From positions 984-64,983 of the forward strand of contig JACOXB010000008.1 of assembly GCA_016176505.1 (NCBI GenBank): a DNA stretch of 64,000 nucleotides. Reading direction: 5' to 3'. This document shows, piece by piece, positions 52,004 through 60,289 of this stretch. The DNA is from Candidatus Colwellbacteria bacterium (GTDB lineage Bacteria; Patescibacteriota; Minisyncoccia; UBA6257; Colwellbacteraceae). Numbering within the stretch: position 1 is the stretch's first letter; each line of letters opens with the position of its first letter. The position numbers were made by a program, and so were the translations under genes. The notes under the pieces were generated by a model, which saw nothing but the letters and a program-made list of their open reading frames with translations, was not told the origin of the DNA and did not search any database.

Positions 52004-53476
52004 GTGAGACTGAGAAAATTCCTTTTTGAGAACCAGGGAGCCGATCAAACGATTGCCAAAAATACTTTTTGGCTTTCCTTTGGCGAGATAGTCGGACGGC
52101 TCCTGCGCCTCGTTATCATCATTTATGCGGCCCGGATTTTGGGTGCGGCTGGCTGGGGAGTTTTTTCCTATCTGACGAGCCTCGCCGCCATCTTTACGGT
52201 TTTTACCGATGTCGGACTTCGAACGACTTTGATTCGGGAAATTACCCAGAAACCAGAAAGTAAGCAAAAATATTTTTCAACCGCTTTCTTAATTAAACTC
52301 GGGCTCGTTGTCCTCGGGTTTGCGCTCATTGTTTTTGCGACGCCTATATTCAGCCGCTTACCAATGTCCGAAGCCTTAGTCGTTTCCATCGGACTTTTAT
52401 TTGTTTTCGACTCCTTAACCAGTTTTGGCAGTTCGCTTTTTCGGGCCGAGGAGAAAATGGAACGGGAAGCGATTATTAACATTGCTGTCCAAATCGTGAT
52501 TGTGCTCGCCGGTTTTATCGGCCTTTTTGTTAAGGCCGCACCGGAGAGCCTTGGTATTGCCTATGCTGCGGGCTCGGGCGCAGGCCTCGTTTTAACTATT
52601 TATGTACTTCGAAAACCAATCCGAAAACTTTTCTCCGGCTTTGATAAAAACCTGATCAAGCCGTTGCTTAAGTCAGCCTGGCCTCTTGGGATTGCCTCGG
52701 TTTTCGGCATCATCATGGTCAATGTCGACACGGTTATGATCGGCTGGTTTCGGGGGGCCGAAGAAGTCGGTTTTTACTCGGCGGCCCAGCGGCCGATCAC
52801 CTTTCTTTATCTTCTGCCCGCCCTGATTACGGGCGCTTTCCTGCCGGCTCTCACAAGAGCGGCCAAAAAAGATGATCTTGGTTTTCGGCGATTACTTGAA
52901 AAAGGTGTGGGCTTAATTATTTTTATGGCCCTGCCCTTGGCGCTCGGCATGTTTATCGAAGGCGATGAGATTATTAATCTCCTTTTCGGCAGCGAATATG
53001 CCGATGCCTCCGGTCCGCTTCGAGTGCTTTCTTTAACTCTTATCACCGCGTTTCCAGTTGGCATGATTATTAACGGCATTACCGCTTACAACCGCCAGCG
53101 GGAACTGGTTCGTTATTGGAACGCGGGCGCCATTGCTGACGTTCTGCTGAACCTGCTTTTGATTCCGCTTTGGGGTATGTCTGGCGCAGCTTGGTCGAGT
53201 CTTATAACGCAGGCGGCGACAAATACTTTAATCTGGCGAAAAATGAAAAAGATTAGCGATTTCTCCATTAAAAAATCTGTTCGGCCGATACTGCTTGCTA
53301 CTTTTATGATGGGCGTGGCCGTAGTCCTTTTGCGTCAAGTGGGTTTGCCCCTGCTTTTAATTGTGCCTGCGGCTATTGCGGCTTATCTTTTCTCTTTAAT
53401 CTCTAGCGGGGAAACAGTTGTTAATGATTTCCGCCGCCTCCTTAAAGAGCGGAGTAAAGTAATTAGTGATTCTTAA
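52004..53476 (+). CDS. MOP-superfamily flippase (Wzx/MurJ-like polysaccharide or lipid-II flippase)
   Basis: 490 aa with ~14 TM helices. Its N-terminus is paralogous to the 54109 gene (TIAKNTFWLSFGE versus TVAKNTFWLIGGE). Confidence 0.7.
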   Translation: MRLRKFLFENQGADQTIAKNTFWLSFGEIVGRLLRLVIIIYAARILGAAGWGVFSYLTSLAAIFTVFTDVGLRTTLIREITQKPESKQKYFSTAFLIKLGLVVLGFALIVFATPIFSRLPMSEALVVSIGLLFVFDSLTSFGSSLFRAEEKMEREAIINIAVQIVIVLAGFIGLFVKAAPESLGIAYAAGSGAGLVLTIYVLRKPIRKLFSGFDKNLIKPLLKSAWPLGIASVFGIIMVNVDTVMIGWFRGAEEVGFYSAAQRPITFLYLLPALITGAFLPALTRAAKKDDLGFRRLLEKGVGLIIFMALPLALGMFIEGDEIINLLFGSEYADASGPLRVLSLTLITAFPVGMIINGITAYNRQRELVRYWNAGAIADVLLNLLLIPLWGMSGAAWSSLITQAATNTLIWRKMKKISDFSIKKSVRPILLATFMMGVAVVLLRQVGLPLLLIVPAAIAAYLFSLISSGETVVNDFRRLLKERSKVISDS

Positions 53477-54116
53477 TTTAAGAAAACCGAAAGGCATGAG
53501 CTCCCACGCCGTTGTGGCGAGAGTGAGGAAGAAAACCCACGAAAAACGAGTTGGTCATGGCGGCACGCTTGATCCCTTTGCCGAAGGCGTGCTTGTTGTT
53601 GGCGTTGGTCGCGAGTCAACAAAAAAGTTAAGCCAAATCCTAAAAGGAGTAGATAAAGAATATTTAGCCTTGATCGAGCTCGGTAAGACTTCAACCACTG
53701 GCGATAGTGAAGGGAAGTTGCGTCAGTTGGCTTTACCTGAATCTATGCTCGAGATTACAAAAGCTAAAACTGAAGAAGCGCTCTCTAAATTTCAAGGTGA
53801 AATCGAGCAAACTCCGCCAAGCTTTTCAGCCTTGAAAGTTAAGGGCGTGCCGGCATATCGATTGGCTCGAGCCGGAAAGGTTTTTACTCTGCCTAAAAGA
53901 AAAGTAAAAATAAAAGAGCTTGAAATTCTCGAATTCAAGCCGCCTTTTCTCAAGTTAAGGATAGTCGCTTCATCCGGAACCTATATTCGGACTTTGGCCG
54001 AGGATATTGGTGAAGAGCTTGGTGTCGGCGCTTATCTTAAAGAGCTTTTAAGGACTAGAGTCGGAGGGTTTAAAATTGAAGATAGTCAAACCCTCGAGGA
54101 ATTTAGTCATGTTTAA
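53466..54116 (+). CDS. truB: tRNA pseudouridine(55) synthase TruB
   Basis: Catalytic motif VGHGGTLDPFAEGVLVVGVG; GTG start; 216 aa. Confidence 0.9.
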   Translation: MILNLRKPKGMSSHAVVARVRKKTHEKRVGHGGTLDPFAEGVLVVGVGRESTKKLSQILKGVDKEYLALIELGKTSTTGDSEGKLRQLALPESMLEITKAKTEEALSKFQGEIEQTPPSFSALKVKGVPAYRLARAGKVFTLPKRKVKIKELEILEFKPPFLKLRIVASSGTYIRTLAEDIGEELGVGAYLKELLRTRVGGFKIEDSQTLEEFSHV

Positions 54117-55581
54117 AAAAATAAAATCAGTTTTACTCGAGAACCGTTCGGTTCGCCAGACCGTGGCCAAAAATACTTTTTGGCTGATTGGCGGGGAGGC
54201 TGCCGGCCAAGCCCTCCGTTTCTTAATCGTTGTTTACGCGGCAAGGATCTTGGGGGCCGAAGCTTGGGGCGCTTTCTCTTATGCCATTGCCCTAGCCATC
54301 ATTTTTAACATCGTTGGCGATTTAGGGATCGGTGTTCTTTTCACCCGGGAAGCGATCAAGAAACCGGAGATTAAAGATCAATATCTTTCAACCGCCTTTT
54401 TCATTAAGGCCGCTTTCTTGGTTTTTGCAGCCCTTATCATTATTTTAACTTCTCCTTTTGTCACTAAGATTGAAGCGGTTCGGCCGCTCCTGCCATTAGT
54501 GGCTCTCTTATTAGTTTTCGATGGCCTCCGGGAATTTGGCTATGCCGTAAATCGGGCGCGAGAAGAAATGCAGTGGGAAGCCACGGTTAAAATTTTTACT
54601 CATGCGCTCGCGGTTATTCTCGGTTTCGCCGTTCTTTTTGTCTCGCCAACGCCCAGTGCTTTAGCTTCGAGTTATGTTGTGGCAAGCCTTGCCGGCTTTC
54701 TTTTAATGGTTTGGCTCTTGCGTAAAGATTTTAAAGAGATATTTAAAAACTTTTCCAAAATTTTAGTCAAACCGATTATCCAAGCGGCCTGGCCCCTGGC
54801 CCTGCTTGGTATTTTGGGCGGCATTATTCTCCAAAGCGGCGTCCTGATGCTCGGCTGGTTAAAGGCGGCTGGCGAGGTCGGCATTTTTTCAGCCGCCCAG
54901 CGTCCGGTTCAGCTACTTTATATTTTCCCCTTGCTGATTGCCGTGGCTCTTTTCCCGACTTTTACCCGGCTTATAAGACGGGGGAGGATGGAATTCGCCC
55001 GAGAATTACTTGAGGAAGCAATCGCTTATCTTTCAGCCGTAGCCTTGCCTATATGTATCGCCGGGGTCATTCTTGCCGATGATCTCGTGCTCTTCTTCTT
55101 CGGCCGCGAATACTTAGCCACTATTCCTAGCTTTCAAATTCTGCTTTTAACCCTGCCCCTGGTTTTCCCGGCGGCCGTTATCGCTGATGCGGTTTTAGCC
55201 TATGACCGGCAAAAAGTTTTTATGAAGCTTTTGGCCTTCGCCGCGCTCCTAAACATCATTTTGAATCTCTTGCTTATTCCTCCTCTCGGAGAAATCGGCG
55301 CCGCGCTCTCAGTGCTCATCACCTTCCTCTTTATTTATCTTTTTGCCTGGAGGGGAATTAAAAAAATTATTTCCTTTTCAGTTCTGGCTAAATTGAAAAG
55401 ACCGGTTTTCGCTTCGGTCTTAATGACGCTCGGTCTCCTTCTTGGTCAGGCAGTTGGTTTTCATCCGTCGGTTAATCTGGGACTTTCCGTAGCAGTTTAT
55501 TTAGCCGCCCTAGTTCCGGCCGTTGATCTTTGGCCGCCGATTAAGCGTTGGCTCAAAATTAACGAGGACGGGACTCGTTAA
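54109..55581 (+). CDS. MOP-superfamily flippase (second paralog)
   Basis: Start chosen at MFKKIKS, overlapping the truB stop by 8 nt. Polytopic, with MOP/Wzx-type topology. Confidence 0.7.
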   Translation: MFKKIKSVLLENRSVRQTVAKNTFWLIGGEAAGQALRFLIVVYAARILGAEAWGAFSYAIALAIIFNIVGDLGIGVLFTREAIKKPEIKDQYLSTAFFIKAAFLVFAALIIILTSPFVTKIEAVRPLLPLVALLLVFDGLREFGYAVNRAREEMQWEATVKIFTHALAVILGFAVLFVSPTPSALASSYVVASLAGFLLMVWLLRKDFKEIFKNFSKILVKPIIQAAWPLALLGILGGIILQSGVLMLGWLKAAGEVGIFSAAQRPVQLLYIFPLLIAVALFPTFTRLIRRGRMEFARELLEEAIAYLSAVALPICIAGVILADDLVLFFFGREYLATIPSFQILLLTLPLVFPAAVIADAVLAYDRQKVFMKLLAFAALLNIILNLLLIPPLGEIGAALSVLITFLFIYLFAWRGIKKIISFSVLAKLKRPVFASVLMTLGLLLGQAVGFHPSVNLGLSVAVYLAALVPAVDLWPPIKRWLKINEDGTR

Positions 55582-57174
55582 TTAGGGGCGAGTGAAGACG
55601 CGGCGGGTTTTAACATACCAATTCTCAATGCCGTTGAAGCGGTCATCCCGGGTGCTGATGATATTGGCTTCATTAACGCCGCCGAGTTGGGGCGAGGCGA
55701 CATAAACATAGTCTGGCGCGTAAAGGAAAATAGCCGGCACATCAGCCGTGATTTTATCGCTTACCTCCTTTAAGATTTCATTCCTTTCATCCGGGTCAGC
55801 GGTCTTTCGGTAATCCTCAAGTAATTCATCAACATCATCCGCTTCGTAAAGAGAAAGATTTTGATCTGGATAAAATCTTCTCGAAGAATGCCAAAAGGCA
55901 AAGAGATCTTGGTTCTCTTTAGTGATATTCCCAAAGAGTAATAGTGGGTAGTTGTTGTCGACGAGAATTTGCTCGGCCAAATCTTTAATTGAATAAACCT
56001 CAACGCTAACTTTGGCGCCATGCGCCTCCCAATTTTCTTTAACAATCCCCGCGGTTTTAGTTAAGAACTCTTCGTCCGGCACAATAAGGGCTAACTCCAG
56101 TCCCTGGAGCAGAGCCGGGTCGAACTCTTCAATTAGGTTCGGAGTTAAAATAGTCGGTCCGTAAAGCGGCGTAGCATAGCCTCCGAAAATTTGCGCTAAT
56201 CGCTCGCGGTCAATCGTGGCCGAGAGCGCCTCACGCACGCGAAGTTTTTTGAGCGCTTCTCCGGCAATCGATTCATTAATAAAAATAGCGTAATAGCGCG
56301 GGGCCCGGAGAGCGTAAGTCCGATGGCGGATTTTAACTTTGTCAGCCACGGGTTCGGCCGTGGTAAGGCCAAAGCCGTCAATCTGGCCCAGGTTATAAGC
56401 GCGAATTAAATCAGCTTCGTTTCGGTAGAACTTAATTTGAAGCGTACTGATTTTGGGTTTTTGCGGATAATTTCTATTAGCTTTTAATTCAATGCTCTTA
56501 ATAAGCCCGTCGGCGTCTTTCTCGTAGCTAACCACCCCGTAAGGACCGGAGCCAATCGGATGGAGGCCTTGAGTTGAAAGTTTGAAATTCAGAACTGGGA
56601 TATCGGCAAAAATATGCTTAGGGATCACCCTTAAATTTTTTAAATGATCTTCGCCAAAGAAAGCGTAAGAGCCTTGAAGCACAAACCGAACTTCGAGTTC
56701 GCTTACTCGCTCGGCTGCCACGCCTTCAAAGCTTGGGAGAAGCGGCGAACCAGCCGCCGGGTCCTGAATCACTAGAAGGGTGAAGATAATATCATCAGCC
56801 GTCAGCCTCTCACCGTCGTGCCAGCGAATATTGTCTTTCAGCCTTACTTCCCAAATAGTGTTATTTTCTTTAGCCTCAATACTCTCGCTAACATCAGCCA
56901 CGCTTGAAAAAATAATATGGGCTAGGTCTCGGTCCGCTTCGGTCGAAGGCAGAACAGGATCAATAAAAGCTGGCTGACCCACAATGCCTTCGCGAAAACG
57001 TCCTCCTTCAGCCGCCACTAAATAAGTTTTAGTTTGGAAATAGAGAATGCCGAGAACGAGAAGCGAGGCCGAAAAAACAAGAGTTGCCCCCGCCAAAATT
57101 AATTGCTCTCTTTTTTCGAGAGCCTGAATCAGCTTAAAAATTTTAGTTCTTTTAAGAATTTCCGAACCAATCAT
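55582..57174 (-). CDS. ABC transporter substrate-binding protein, family 5 (peptide/nickel type)
   Basis: 530 aa with an N-terminal TM anchor and an SBP_bac_5-like core (...IWEVRLKDNIRWHDGERLTADDIIFT...). Confidence 0.8.
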   Translation of the reverse strand: MIGSEILKRTKIFKLIQALEKREQLILAGATLVFSASLLVLGILYFQTKTYLVAAEGGRFREGIVGQPAFIDPVLPSTEADRDLAHIIFSSVADVSESIEAKENNTIWEVRLKDNIRWHDGERLTADDIIFTLLVIQDPAAGSPLLPSFEGVAAERVSELEVRFVLQGSYAFFGEDHLKNLRVIPKHIFADIPVLNFKLSTQGLHPIGSGPYGVVSYEKDADGLIKSIELKANRNYPQKPKISTLQIKFYRNEADLIRAYNLGQIDGFGLTTAEPVADKVKIRHRTYALRAPRYYAIFINESIAGEALKKLRVREALSATIDRERLAQIFGGYATPLYGPTILTPNLIEEFDPALLQGLELALIVPDEEFLTKTAGIVKENWEAHGAKVSVEVYSIKDLAEQILVDNNYPLLLFGNITKENQDLFAFWHSSRRFYPDQNLSLYEADDVDELLEDYRKTADPDERNEILKEVSDKITADVPAIFLYAPDYVYVASPQLGGVNEANIISTRDDRFNGIENWYVKTRRVFTRP

Positions 57175-57193
57175 TTATAGTGAGTCTGCCGAA

Positions 57194-57418
57194 CTATTGG
57201 AGCAAGCTAACAATTGAGAGGCCGACAAAAGTCACGGCCGAGACAATAGTTGCTATAAAAATCATTTTTTCGATCCCCCGTCGGCGCTGATAAAATTCAC
57301 CGCCCATACTTGAGGCGCCTAAAAATCCACCCCCCATGCCTGAAGAACGCTGCTGCAAGAGAATCAGAAGAATTACAATAGCCGCGCTTACGAGCTGACC
57401 AACCGTGATAAGGCTCAT
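57194..57418 (-). CDS. secG: Preprotein translocase subunit SecG
   Basis: 74 aa with two TM helices and a Gly-rich loop (LLQQRSSGMGGGFLGASSMGGEF), typical of SecG. Confidence 0.7.
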   Translation of the reverse strand: MSLITVGQLVSAAIVILLILLQQRSSGMGGGFLGASSMGGEFYQRRRGIEKMIFIATIVSAVTFVGLSIVSLLQ

Positions 57419-57768
57419 TTATCGTTTTTAACCATTAAAAGACCAAGAATCATATTGATTACCCCAACTAAAATGGCAGTTAAGATGAGGGCTAAAAGCC
57501 CACTGATTGTAATGGCTGGGAAAAGATAGTCAAGCAGATAAATGGTTAAGGCGCTCACAATAACATTAGCCAGGCCAAAAGTAATGATAATAACCGGCGT
57601 CAAAACAAATTTTAAAATTGGCCGAAGAAAGGTGTTAATTAGAGCCAGAATAAAAGCGGCGAGAATCAAGTTCTCAATTGTCCTTAAAATCTCGACTCCG
57701 GGAATATAAAGATCAGCCAGATACAACCCCACCCCGTTCGCCAAAACCATCAAAACAAATTTCCGCAT
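57415..57768 (-). CDS. Four-TM small membrane protein (DUF360 / phage-holin-4_2-like)
   Basis: 117 aa with four hydrophobic helices and a 4-nt overlap with secG. Confidence 0.5.
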   Translation of the reverse strand: MRKFVLMVLANGVGLYLADLYIPGVEILRTIENLILAAFILALINTFLRPILKFVLTPVIIITFGLANVIVSALTIYLLDYLFPAITISGLLALILTAILVGVINMILGLLMVKNDK

Positions 57769-57792
57769 CTCATTTTATTTTAACACAGGGGT

Positions 57793-57845
57793 GGAGAAGC
57801 ATTTTCCCTCCGCCAATAATTGGCTACGAGGGAAAATGCTTCTCC
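57793..57845. promoter_or_regulatory. Perfect 18-bp inverted repeat (hairpin or operator) in the divergent intergenic region upstream of gpmI
   Basis: GGAGAAGCATTTTCCCTC-[cgccaataattggctac]-GAGGGAAAATGCTTCTCC; the loop is itself near-palindromic. It is followed by AGGCAGTAAGCTGACGGGCGCC, which recurs at 39439-39460. Confidence 0.45.
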
Positions 57846-57887
57846 TTTAGGCAGTAAGCTGACGGGCGCCGTGATACTATAAAGAAG

Positions 57888-59420
57888 ATGAGAAAGAGAA
57901 CAGTTGTGCTTGTGATTCTCGACGGCTGGGGTATTGGTCGCGACGACCAGTCGAACCCTATTTATACTGCGCGTCCCGAAAATATTAACTACATTAGATC
58001 AAACTATCCGTCGGGCACCCTCCAGGCCTCAGGTATTGCCGTTGGTCTTCCCTGGGGCGAGGAAGGAAATTCTGAAGTCGGTCACCTGACCTTAGGCGCG
58101 GGTAAAGTTCTTTTTGCTCATTACCCCCGGATCAGCTTAGCTATCCGGGACAAAAGTTTTTTTAAAAACCAAGTTTTGCTTGAAGCCTTCCGCCGCGCCA
58201 AATCCGAGAACGCTAAAGTTAATTTGGTCGGCGCCTTAAGCCAGGCAAATATTCATTCTTCTCTTGAGCACCTCGAGGCTCTTTTAGCCTTGGCCAGAGC
58301 GGAAGGGGTTGGAGTCAGCCTCCATCTTTTTGCCGATGGCCGGGATGGTCCGCCTAAAGGCGCACATGCTCTAGTCGGCCGTCTGCCCGAAGAGAGAATA
58401 GCGAGCATCTCCGGCCGCTTCTACAGCATGGATCGGGATTTTCACTGGGACCGAAGCCTCAAAGCCTACCGCGCCATGATCGGCGAAGGGGCATCGAGCC
58501 CAACAACCATCCCCGACTTTATTAATTCTTTTTATAATCGTGGCTTGACTGATGAATTTATCGAGCCGGCTTTTTTTAAGAGTGAAGGTGCGATTAAGCC
58601 GAATGACAGTGTTATTTTCTTTAACTTTCGGGAAGACAGCGCCCGGCAACTCGTTAGTCTTTTCCTTGACCCAGACTTAGGCGAGAAACACCAGATCCCT
58701 GCGAATCTCCATCTCGTTACTTTTACCCGTTATAGCGCCAAGCTTAATCTGCCAGTCGCTTTTCCGCCGGAAGAGGTTACTAATCCCTTGGGCCGAATTC
58801 TAAGTGACGCTGGTAAAATCCAGCTTCGGGTGGCTGAGACTGAGAAATACGCTCACGTTACCTATTTCTTCAACGGCTTTCGGGAACCGCCTTATAAAAA
58901 CGAATATCGAGTGCTTGTTCCTTCACGAAGCGTGGTCCGCCACGATGAATATCCGGAAATGATGGCTGGAGAGATCACGACCCGAGTCTTAACCGCCTTG
59001 GCTGAGGGGATTTACGATTTTATTCTGGTTAATTATGCCAATCCAGATGTGATTGCTCATTCAGGCAATCTTGATGCGGCTATAAAAGCCGTAAAAACTG
59101 TCGATACCCAAATTCGCCTACTGTTGAAAGCGACCCTCGAGCACGAAACTTTTCTTATTATCACTTCTGACCACGGCAATGTGGAGCGAATGTATGATCC
59201 GAGGACTGGCCAGATCGAAACCAGTCATGATCCGAGCCCAGTGCCGGTTTATTTAGTCTTCAAGGGATATGAGCGGCAAAAAGATGAGAGAACAGTTAAA
59301 AGTATTGAAAGCCAGAATACCGGCGTTCTTTCTGATGTCGCCCCAACCATCCTTGAACTAATGGGTTTGCCAAAGCCAGAGGATATGACCGGTATCAGCC
59401 TGATGAATCTCTTCCGGTAA
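57888..59420 (+). CDS. gpmI: 2,3-bisphosphoglycerate-independent phosphoglycerate mutase
   Basis: VVLVILDGWG...GNSEVGHLTLGAG is the iPGM metalloenzyme signature; 510 aa. Confidence 0.9.
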   Translation: MRKRTVVLVILDGWGIGRDDQSNPIYTARPENINYIRSNYPSGTLQASGIAVGLPWGEEGNSEVGHLTLGAGKVLFAHYPRISLAIRDKSFFKNQVLLEAFRRAKSENAKVNLVGALSQANIHSSLEHLEALLALARAEGVGVSLHLFADGRDGPPKGAHALVGRLPEERIASISGRFYSMDRDFHWDRSLKAYRAMIGEGASSPTTIPDFINSFYNRGLTDEFIEPAFFKSEGAIKPNDSVIFFNFREDSARQLVSLFLDPDLGEKHQIPANLHLVTFTRYSAKLNLPVAFPPEEVTNPLGRILSDAGKIQLRVAETEKYAHVTYFFNGFREPPYKNEYRVLVPSRSVVRHDEYPEMMAGEITTRVLTALAEGIYDFILVNYANPDVIAHSGNLDAAIKAVKTVDTQIRLLLKATLEHETFLIITSDHGNVERMYDPRTGQIETSHDPSPVPVYLVFKGYERQKDERTVKSIESQNTGVLSDVAPTILELMGLPKPEDMTGISLMNLFR

Positions 59421-59433
59421 GATATTTTAATCT

Positions 59434-59979
59434 ATGCCGCAAGATAATTCTCGAGCCGATTCTTTGGCCGTTGAAATCAGTGCTGCTGTTTTCCGAGTCG
59501 CAGCCTTAGTCCGTCACAAGCGCCTTCGCGAAGAGCTCGAAGAAGCGGCTATTGAACTCGTCAAGTTTCTGAAAGAGGAAAGCGCCTCGAGGCTCGAGCG
59601 CCTTATCTTATTGGGCGAGGCGATCGAAGAAATAAACGAAATTAATGCCGAGGTTCTTTTAAGAGAACTAGTCAACTGGAAGTTAGAGTTCTTTGCCGAT
59701 CCAGAGTCCGAAGAGCCTGTTCTGCTTGGCCAAGATGGTCAACTTTTTGGCCAACATGGCCAACATGGCCAACTTTTTCGGAGAAAATGGCCCAGGACCG
59801 AGGAAAGACATGCGGCTATTCTTGATTTTGTCCGTCGCTTCCCAGACTACTGCTCAGTCGAGAGCCTTTTTCTCGAGTTTGCTTTTGTGAGCCGCCGGAC
59901 CTTAAGGCGCGATCTTGAAGAGCTGGCTCGCCGGGGCGCTTTAAAAAGGCGAGGGGATTTACTGATCCACGCCGACTAA
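59434..59979 (+). CDS. Hypothetical regulator: four-helix-bundle N-domain plus C-terminal winged-helix (DeoR/HTH_11-like)
   Basis: 181 aa. The C-terminus (HAAILDFVRRFPDYCSVESLFLEFAFVSRRTLRRDLEELARRG) is wHTH-like. A short tandem repeat (GQDGQLFGQHGQHGQLF) lies in the linker. Confidence 0.45.
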   Translation: MPQDNSRADSLAVEISAAVFRVAALVRHKRLREELEEAAIELVKFLKEESASRLERLILLGEAIEEINEINAEVLLRELVNWKLEFFADPESEEPVLLGQDGQLFGQHGQHGQLFRRKWPRTEERHAAILDFVRRFPDYCSVESLFLEFAFVSRRTLRRDLEELARRGALKRRGDLLIHAD

Positions 59980-60063
59980 AAAACTTGACGACTTTCTATT
60001 TTTAATTCGTTTAGGTTATTCACAGCGCCGTAACTAAAGAAACCCCATTCGCGTCTTAATTAT

Positions 60064-60093
60064 TTGGATACCCACAAAACTATTTTGTATAAT
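60064..60093 (+). promoter_or_regulatory. Sigma-70-like promoter: TTGGAT, 18-nt spacer, TG-TATAAT
   Basis: TTGGAT at 60064-69 and tgTATAAT at 60086-93. Confidence 0.4.
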
Positions 60094-60099
60094 AAGTGG

Positions 60100-60158
60100 G
60101 TAGGGTTGAAGTGAGGCAACCCGAGTCTTTTTGCCTCGCTTCCCCAAGCGAGTTTTTT
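60100..60158 (+). ncRNA. Candidate ~60-nt small RNA bounded by a promoter and an intrinsic terminator
   Basis: Predicted transcription start near 60100. Two overlapping, mutually exclusive hairpins are GAGGCAA...TTGCCTC (60113-60137) and CTCGCTT-cccc-AAGCGAG (60135-60152), the latter followed by TTTTTT. Confidence 0.3.
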
Positions 60159-60289
60159 AATTTACTACTAGGGTTGTCCTCTGAACTGCAAGCTCCATAA
60201 AACCTCACGAAAAGAGAGCGGGTCGATGGCAGTCAACAGGAATGACCTTCTGAAATCGAAAAAAAGAAATAAAGAAAGAAAAACAATAA

